Positions 35,450 to 40,621 of a stretch of DNA of 40,621 bases are shown piece by piece. Every line of letters starts with the position of its first letter. Position 1 is the stretch's first letter. Location: assembly GCA_050253335.1 (NCBI GenBank), contig JBFWJG010000017.1, positions 1 through 40,621 on the forward strand, written 5' to 3'. The position numbers were made by a program, and so were the translations under genes. This DNA comes from Deferribacterales bacterium (lineage in GTDB: Bacteria; Chrysiogenota; Deferribacteres; Deferribacterales; Geovibrionaceae). Below the pieces are notes generated by a model, which saw only the letters and a list, made by a program, of their open reading frames with translations, was not told the origin of the DNA and did not search any database.

Positions 35450-38251
35450 ATGGATTATAAAAGCACGCTGAATCTCCCGGAAACCGGATTTCCCATGAAA
35501 GCCAACCTCTCCGTGAGAGAGCCGGAACGCATAAAAAAATGGGACGAAGAGAACGCGTATTCCAAAATAATGAAAAAAAGGGAAAACTGCGAAAAATACA
35601 TTCTCCATGACGGCCCTCCATATGCTAACGGTCATATCCACATCGGACACGCACTGAACAAAATCCTTAAAGACTTCATAGTCAAGCTGAAATCATTCAA
35701 AGGATATCAGGCTCCGTACATCCCCGGATGGGACTGCCACGGTCTGCCCATCGAACATCAGGTGGACAAAAAACTCGGCAGCAAGAAGCATGAGCTCTCA
35801 AAATCTCAGATAAGAAAGCTCTGCCGTGAATACGCAACAGAGTTTATCAATATACAGAGAGAAGAATTCAAGCGCTTAGGCGGTTTCGGCGACTGGGACA
35901 ATCCCTACATAACCATGGATCATGTTTACGAAGCCAAAACCCTTGAGGAGCTTTACAGATTCTTCAACAACGGCGGAGTTTATAAAGGCTCCAAGCCGGT
36001 TTACTGGTGCACAAGCTGTGTTACAGCCCTTGCAGAAGCCGAAGTGGAATACGACAACCACACATCACACTCAATATATGTCAAATTCCCCGTCCGTGAC
36101 GCAGACAAGGCAAAGCTCGGGCTTGCGGAATCAGACAAGGCTTCATCCGTAATCTGGACAACCACGCCGTGGACACTCCCTGCGAACCTTGCCGTCTGCG
36201 TTCACCCCGACTTTGTTTACGCCCTCGTAAAAGTCACTGAGGCGGATAACAAAAATCTCGGCGGCGAATATATAATCGTTGCGGAAGAGCTTCTGGAGAA
36301 GCTTCTCGCCGAATTTAAGATAACCGCCTACGAGAAAGTGAAAACCTTCAAAGGTGCAGACCTTGAAGGTTTGAAAAATAAACACCCCTTCTACGACAGA
36401 GACTCAGCGGTAATCCTCGGCGATCACGTAACCCTTGAGGCGGGTACGGGGCTTGTTCACACAGCCCCCGGACACGGTCAGGAAGACTACGTTGTGGGTC
36501 TCAGATACGGCCTTGAGGTGCTCAACCCTGTGGATGACTACGGCGTGTTCAAAAAAGACACTGAAATATTCGCAGGAGAGCACATAAACAAAGCCAACCC
36601 CAAGATAGTCGAACTGCTTGATGAAACAGGCGTTCTTCTCTCCCACGGGAAGATAGAACACTCCTACCCTCACTGCTGGAGATGCAAGCACCCCGTAATA
36701 TTCCGCGCCACTCCCCAGTGGTTCATATCGATGGAAACAAACGACCTGCGCAAAAAAGCGCTGGACGAGATAAAGAGGGTTCAGTGGATTCCCGCATGGG
36801 GACAGAACAGAATCAACGCCATGATAGAACACAGGCCGGACTGGTGCATCAGCCGCCAGAGGACATGGGGCGTGCCCATAGCCGTTTTCACCTGCCAGGA
36901 CTGTGACGAGGTTTATATACCCAAAGATGTTCAGGAAAAAGTGCTCGCCTCTTTCCGTGAGCACGGCGCGGATGCATGGTTCGACATGGAAGCCGAAGAG
37001 TTTATAGGCAAAGACGCCAAATGCCCCAAATGCGGCGGAGCAAGGCTGAAAAAAGAGACCGACATCCTTGACGTATGGTTTGACTCGGGCGTTTCCCACT
37101 CCGCAGTCTGCGAAGAGAGAAAAGAGCTCGGCTGGCCTGTTAATATGTATCTTGAAGGCAGCGACCAGCACAGAGGCTGGTTCCACAGCACACTCCTTGA
37201 ATCAGTCGGCACGAGAGGCAGAGCACCCTATGACGAGATACTCACCCACGGCTTCGTTGTGGACGGCAAAGGACGCAAAATGTCCAAATCCGCCGGAAAC
37301 GTTGTGGCTCCCGATGAAATAATAAAGAAATACGGCGCGGAGGTTCTCCGTCTCTGGGTTTCAGCGGAAGACTACTCTGAAGATATCAGAATCTCCGATG
37401 ATATAATTAGCCGTCTTGTGGAATCCTACAGAAAGGTGCGCAACACGGCGAGATACCTCCTCGGCGTAATATCAGACTTCAACCCCGACACGGACATGGT
37501 TGAGCACGATAAGCTGCTCGACCTCGACAAATATGCCCTTATCCGCTGGCAGGCCGTCAAGGAGCGCATATACGGCGCATATGACAGATATCAGTTCCAC
37601 GTGTTTTACCACACGTTTCTGAACTTCTGCATAAACGATCTCAGTTCCTTCTATCTTGATATAATAAAAGACAGGGTTTACGCATACAGAAAGGATTCGC
37701 ACCGGCGCAGATCCGCCCAGACAGTTCTTTTCACAATAACCAGAGAGATGAGCATAGTTATGGCGCCCATCCTCTCCTTCACTGCGGACGAGATATGGGA
37801 GTTCATCCCCGCCTGGAGCGGCAAAAGCGAACTTGTTTTCGAAGAGCTTTTCCCCAAGGTTCTCCCCCTGAAAGACGAGAAGCTTGAAGCGAAATGGAAC
37901 AGAATCATAGAGATAAGAAGAGAAGTCAACAAAGCCCTTGAACTCGCCAGAACGGAAAAAGTGATAGGGCATTCACTCGGCGCGAAGGTTATCGTCGGAC
38001 TCTCAGAAGCCGACAGAGCGATCATGACCGCAGATGAGGGGATAGAGAAGATCTTCATAGTCTCCGAGCTTGAGCTTGCGGATATAAGCACCCTTGAAGG
38101 CGCTTACACATCCGAGGACAAAACGGTGAAGGTAATAGCAAGCGCATCCGCCAACCGGAAATGCGAGAGATGCTGGTGTCAGGTTCCCACAGTGGGCGCC
38201 GATCCCGCTCACCCGACAATCTGCGACAGGTGCGCCGAGGCGATAAGCTGA
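35450..38251 (+). CDS. ileS: Isoleucyl-tRNA synthetase
   Basis: HDGPPYANG.IHIGH, GWDCHGLPIE, DWCISRQR.WG, EGSDQHRGWF, KMSKS, C-terminal zinc finger CERCW...C.RC. Confidence 0.99.
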   Translation: MDYKSTLNLPETGFPMKANLSVREPERIKKWDEENAYSKIMKKRENCEKYILHDGPPYANGHIHIGHALNKILKDFIVKLKSFKGYQAPYIPGWDCHGLPIEHQVDKKLGSKKHELSKSQIRKLCREYATEFINIQREEFKRLGGFGDWDNPYITMDHVYEAKTLEELYRFFNNGGVYKGSKPVYWCTSCVTALAEAEVEYDNHTSHSIYVKFPVRDADKAKLGLAESDKASSVIWTTTPWTLPANLAVCVHPDFVYALVKVTEADNKNLGGEYIIVAEELLEKLLAEFKITAYEKVKTFKGADLEGLKNKHPFYDRDSAVILGDHVTLEAGTGLVHTAPGHGQEDYVVGLRYGLEVLNPVDDYGVFKKDTEIFAGEHINKANPKIVELLDETGVLLSHGKIEHSYPHCWRCKHPVIFRATPQWFISMETNDLRKKALDEIKRVQWIPAWGQNRINAMIEHRPDWCISRQRTWGVPIAVFTCQDCDEVYIPKDVQEKVLASFREHGADAWFDMEAEEFIGKDAKCPKCGGARLKKETDILDVWFDSGVSHSAVCEERKELGWPVNMYLEGSDQHRGWFHSTLLESVGTRGRAPYDEILTHGFVVDGKGRKMSKSAGNVVAPDEIIKKYGAEVLRLWVSAEDYSEDIRISDDIISRLVESYRKVRNTARYLLGVISDFNPDTDMVEHDKLLDLDKYALIRWQAVKERIYGAYDRYQFHVFYHTFLNFCINDLSSFYLDIIKDRVYAYRKDSHRRRSAQTVLFTITREMSIVMAPILSFTADEIWEFIPAWSGKSELVFEELFPKVLPLKDEKLEAKWNRIIEIRREVNKALELARTEKVIGHSLGAKVIVGLSEADRAIMTADEGIEKIFIVSELELADISTLEGAYTSEDKTVKVIASASANRKCERCWCQVPTVGADPAHPTICDRCAEAIS

Positions 38252-38252
38252 T

Positions 38253-38729
38253 ATGAAAAAAGTGCTTATCCCTCTTTTCGCCGTCCTGCTCATTATTGAT
38301 CAGGCTACGAAGATCATAGTCAAAAACACGTTCATGCTCCATGAAACCCGTGAGGTCATACCCGGATTCTTCAACCTGACCTACATACTGAACCCGGGCG
38401 CGGCTTTCGGCTTTCTGGCCAGAATGAACGAGAACTACCGTCAGCTTTTCTTTGTGCTTGTTACTTTCATAGCGATAGCCGCCGTGGCTTATCTGCTTTA
38501 CAAAGAACACCACATGAAGCTGAGAGCGTTCTCTTACACTCTTATTATTGCCGGAGCGGTCGGCAATTTTATAGATAGGGTTTACATCGGAAAAGTGGTG
38601 GATTTTCTGGATTTTTATGTATCAGATTACCACTGGCCGGCCTTCAATGTGGCGGACAGTGCTATATCCGTAGGGGTCTGCTTGCTTATGCTTGACCTTT
38701 TTCTTCATAAAAGGAGTGAAAAGAAATGA
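38253..38729 (+). CDS. lspA: Lipoprotein signal peptidase II
   Basis: DQATK, NPGAAFG, GAVGNFIDR, VVDF, WPAFNVAD. Follows ileS. Confidence 0.97.
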   Translation: MKKVLIPLFAVLLIIDQATKIIVKNTFMLHETREVIPGFFNLTYILNPGAAFGFLARMNENYRQLFFVLVTFIAIAAVAYLLYKEHHMKLRAFSYTLIIAGAVGNFIDRVYIGKVVDFLDFYVSDYHWPAFNVADSAISVGVCLLMLDLFLHKRSEKK

Positions 38730-40279
38730 TAGTAAAACCTGAAAGAGCGCTGATCAGCGTTTCCAAGAAAGAAGGCGTAGCCGAATTCGCGAAAGAGCTT
38801 GCCGCAAGAGGGGTTGAAATAATCTCCACTGGCGGAACGGCCAAGCTTCTGAAAGAGAACGGAATCAAAATCACCGAAATCGGCGAGTTCACCGGATTTC
38901 CCGAAATGCTGGACGGCAGGGTAAAAACCCTTCACCCCAGAGTGCACGGCGGCATCCTTAACGTCCGTGACGATGCGGAACACCAGAAAACCATGAAGGA
39001 GCACGGTCTCAAAAACATTGATATTGTTGCCGTTAACCTTTACCCCTTTGAGGAAACTGTCTGTAAGGAAGGCGTAAGCCTCGACGAAATAATCGAAAAC
39101 ATAGACATAGGCGGCCCCTCCATGGTGAGAAGCGCCGCAAAGAACCACAAGTTCGTCACCATCATAGTTGACGGAGCGGACTACAAACGAGTTATCGAAG
39201 AGATGGATGCTCAGGGCGGAACCACCCTTGAAACCAGACGCGACCTCGCCAGAAAGGCATACGGCCACACTGCTCTGTATGACAGTATCATCGCAGGTTT
39301 CTTCAACAACCTTCTGGGCGTTAAGTTCCCCGATGAATACACACTCCCCGCGCGCAGGAAACAGGGTATGCGCTACGGCGAAAACCCCCATCAGGACTCA
39401 GCTTTCTACGTTCAGCCCCTTATTAAGGAGCCGGGCGTTTCCACAGGGGTTCAGCTCCACGGAAAAGAGCTTTCCTTCAATAACATAGTAGACATCAACG
39501 CCGCCGCCGAGATCATAAAGGACTTCTGCGGAGAACCGGCGATCACAATCATAAAACACACCAACCCCTGCGGCACAGCCACAGGCTCAACTCTCCTTGA
39601 GGCTTACGAGCGCGCCCTTGAGTGCGACCCCGTGAGCGCGTTCGGCGGAATAGTCGGCGCCAACAGGGAGGTGGACAAGGCCACTGCGGAAAAACTCGCC
39701 GAGCTTTTCCTTGAGGTCATAGTCGCACCCTCATTCAGCAAAGAGGCGAAAGAGATCCTTGAACAGAAAAAGAACCTCCGTCTCATAGAGATAGGCGATC
39801 TCTCCGGCGCGAGGGACAACGAGCTTGACGTTAAAAAAGTGACGGGCGGCATCCTCCTTCAGGACAGAGACCTTCACTCATTTGACGACATAGCCGCCCT
39901 CCCCTCACCCAGCAAACGCAAACCCACCGAAAGCGAGCTTAAAGCCATGGCTTTTGCGTGGAAAGTAGCGAAACACGTTAAATCAAACGCGATAATATAC
40001 GCCAGCGAAAACCAGTCAATCGGCGTTGGCGCAGGGCAGATGAGCCGTGTTGACTCCGCCAGAATTGCCGCTTTCAAGGCGAAAAAGCCCCTTCAGGGAT
40101 GCGTAATGGCAAGCGACGCGTTCTTCCCCTTCCGCGACAGCGTGGATCAGGCAGCGGAACAGGGCATAACCGCCATAATCTCCCCCGGCGGTTCAATCAG
40201 GGACGAGGAAGTCATTCAGGCGGCGGATGAACACGGCATAGCCATGATCTTCACCGGCGTCCGTCACTTTAAACATTAA
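38726..40279 (+). CDS. purH: Bifunctional AICAR formyltransferase / IMP cyclohydrolase
   Basis: RALISVS, STGGT, GRVKTLHP, IDIGGP, RYGENPHQ, KHTNPCG, GAGQMSR, SDAFFPF, RHFKH. Confidence 0.99.
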   Translation: MIVKPERALISVSKKEGVAEFAKELAARGVEIISTGGTAKLLKENGIKITEIGEFTGFPEMLDGRVKTLHPRVHGGILNVRDDAEHQKTMKEHGLKNIDIVAVNLYPFEETVCKEGVSLDEIIENIDIGGPSMVRSAAKNHKFVTIIVDGADYKRVIEEMDAQGGTTLETRRDLARKAYGHTALYDSIIAGFFNNLLGVKFPDEYTLPARRKQGMRYGENPHQDSAFYVQPLIKEPGVSTGVQLHGKELSFNNIVDINAAAEIIKDFCGEPAITIIKHTNPCGTATGSTLLEAYERALECDPVSAFGGIVGANREVDKATAEKLAELFLEVIVAPSFSKEAKEILEQKKNLRLIEIGDLSGARDNELDVKKVTGGILLQDRDLHSFDDIAALPSPSKRKPTESELKAMAFAWKVAKHVKSNAIIYASENQSIGVGAGQMSRVDSARIAAFKAKKPLQGCVMASDAFFPFRDSVDQAAEQGITAIISPGGSIRDEEVIQAADEHGIAMIFTGVRHFKH

Positions 40280-40320
40280 AATTGGCGGCAGGCAGGAAAA
40301 CAAATTTAAGTACACCTGCA

Positions 40321-40400
40321 AAATCCCCCTCTATCCCCCTTTAAAAAAGGGGGAAGCTGATAAGAACACCCCTCTTTCATAAAGAGGGGCAGGACAGGAT
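40321..40400 (+). repeat. Family-A element, copy 4 (shorter spacer; its right end runs into a family-C hairpin)
   Basis: AAATCCCCCTCTATCCCCCTTTAAAAAAGGGGGAAGCT...CCCCTCTTT-CAT-AAAGAGGGG-CAGGACAGGAT. Confidence 0.8.
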
Positions 40401-40621
40401 GTACCTGCCTGCGGACTATCATCAAAACAGCATTACAATTCCATGGATGGAATTGCGCCGTGCGAAATGAAGCCGAACCGAGTTCGGCGCGAATGTGTGA
40501 GCAGCAGGACAGGATGTACCTGCCTGCGGACTATCATCAAAACAGCATTACAATTCCATGGATTGAATTGCGCCGTGCGAAATGAAGCCGAACCCAGTTC
40601 GGCGCGAAAGCGTGAGCAGCA
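40389..40621 (+). repeat. Tandem array (period 115 bp, at least 2 copies, truncated by the window) of the family-C element
   Basis: Units start at 40390 and 40505. Reads CAATTCC-ATGGAT-GGAATTG, CGCCGTGCGAAATGAA, GCCGAAC-CGA-GTTCGGC, GCGAATGTGTGA, GCAGCAGGAC-AGGAT-GTACCTGCCTGC. Confidence 0.9.

Overview
A gene-dense bacterial chromosome segment. The gene set and repeat style suggest an anaerobic Gram-negative organism, possibly Deferribacterota (inference only). Housekeeping content: a partial SPOR-type gene and argS; a REC-GGDEF diguanylate cyclase; ftsE-ftsX-envC-ctpA-divergent polysaccharide deacetylase-tsaD-dus; tex, an AEC transporter, xth and a YqiA-type hydrolase; a transglutaminase-like exported protein; accA-mutL-miaA-hfq-DUF4416-hypothetical-ftsB-xseA-greA; a DsbA-like lipoprotein; a GT4 glycosyltransferase; and ileS-lspA-purH. 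Two things stand out. (1) An eight-gene operon (10975-17999) has the hallmarks of a ferrosome (fez) iron-storage organelle cluster: a P1B-6 ATPase, a second P1B ATPase with an altered TGE motif, an HMA-like protein, GxxxG membrane proteins including a MamC-like one, a PYGYMP-repeat protein, a two-His small membrane protein and a tandem FeoA. (2) Four intergenic mosaics (about 18.0, 23.0, 33.8 and 40.3 kb) are built from three repeat families. One family is a ~95-nt three-hairpin element with fixed spacing, compensatory stem changes and conserved GGA loops, always on the sense strand just downstream of a gene. No tRNA, rRNA, CRISPR array or transposase was seen.
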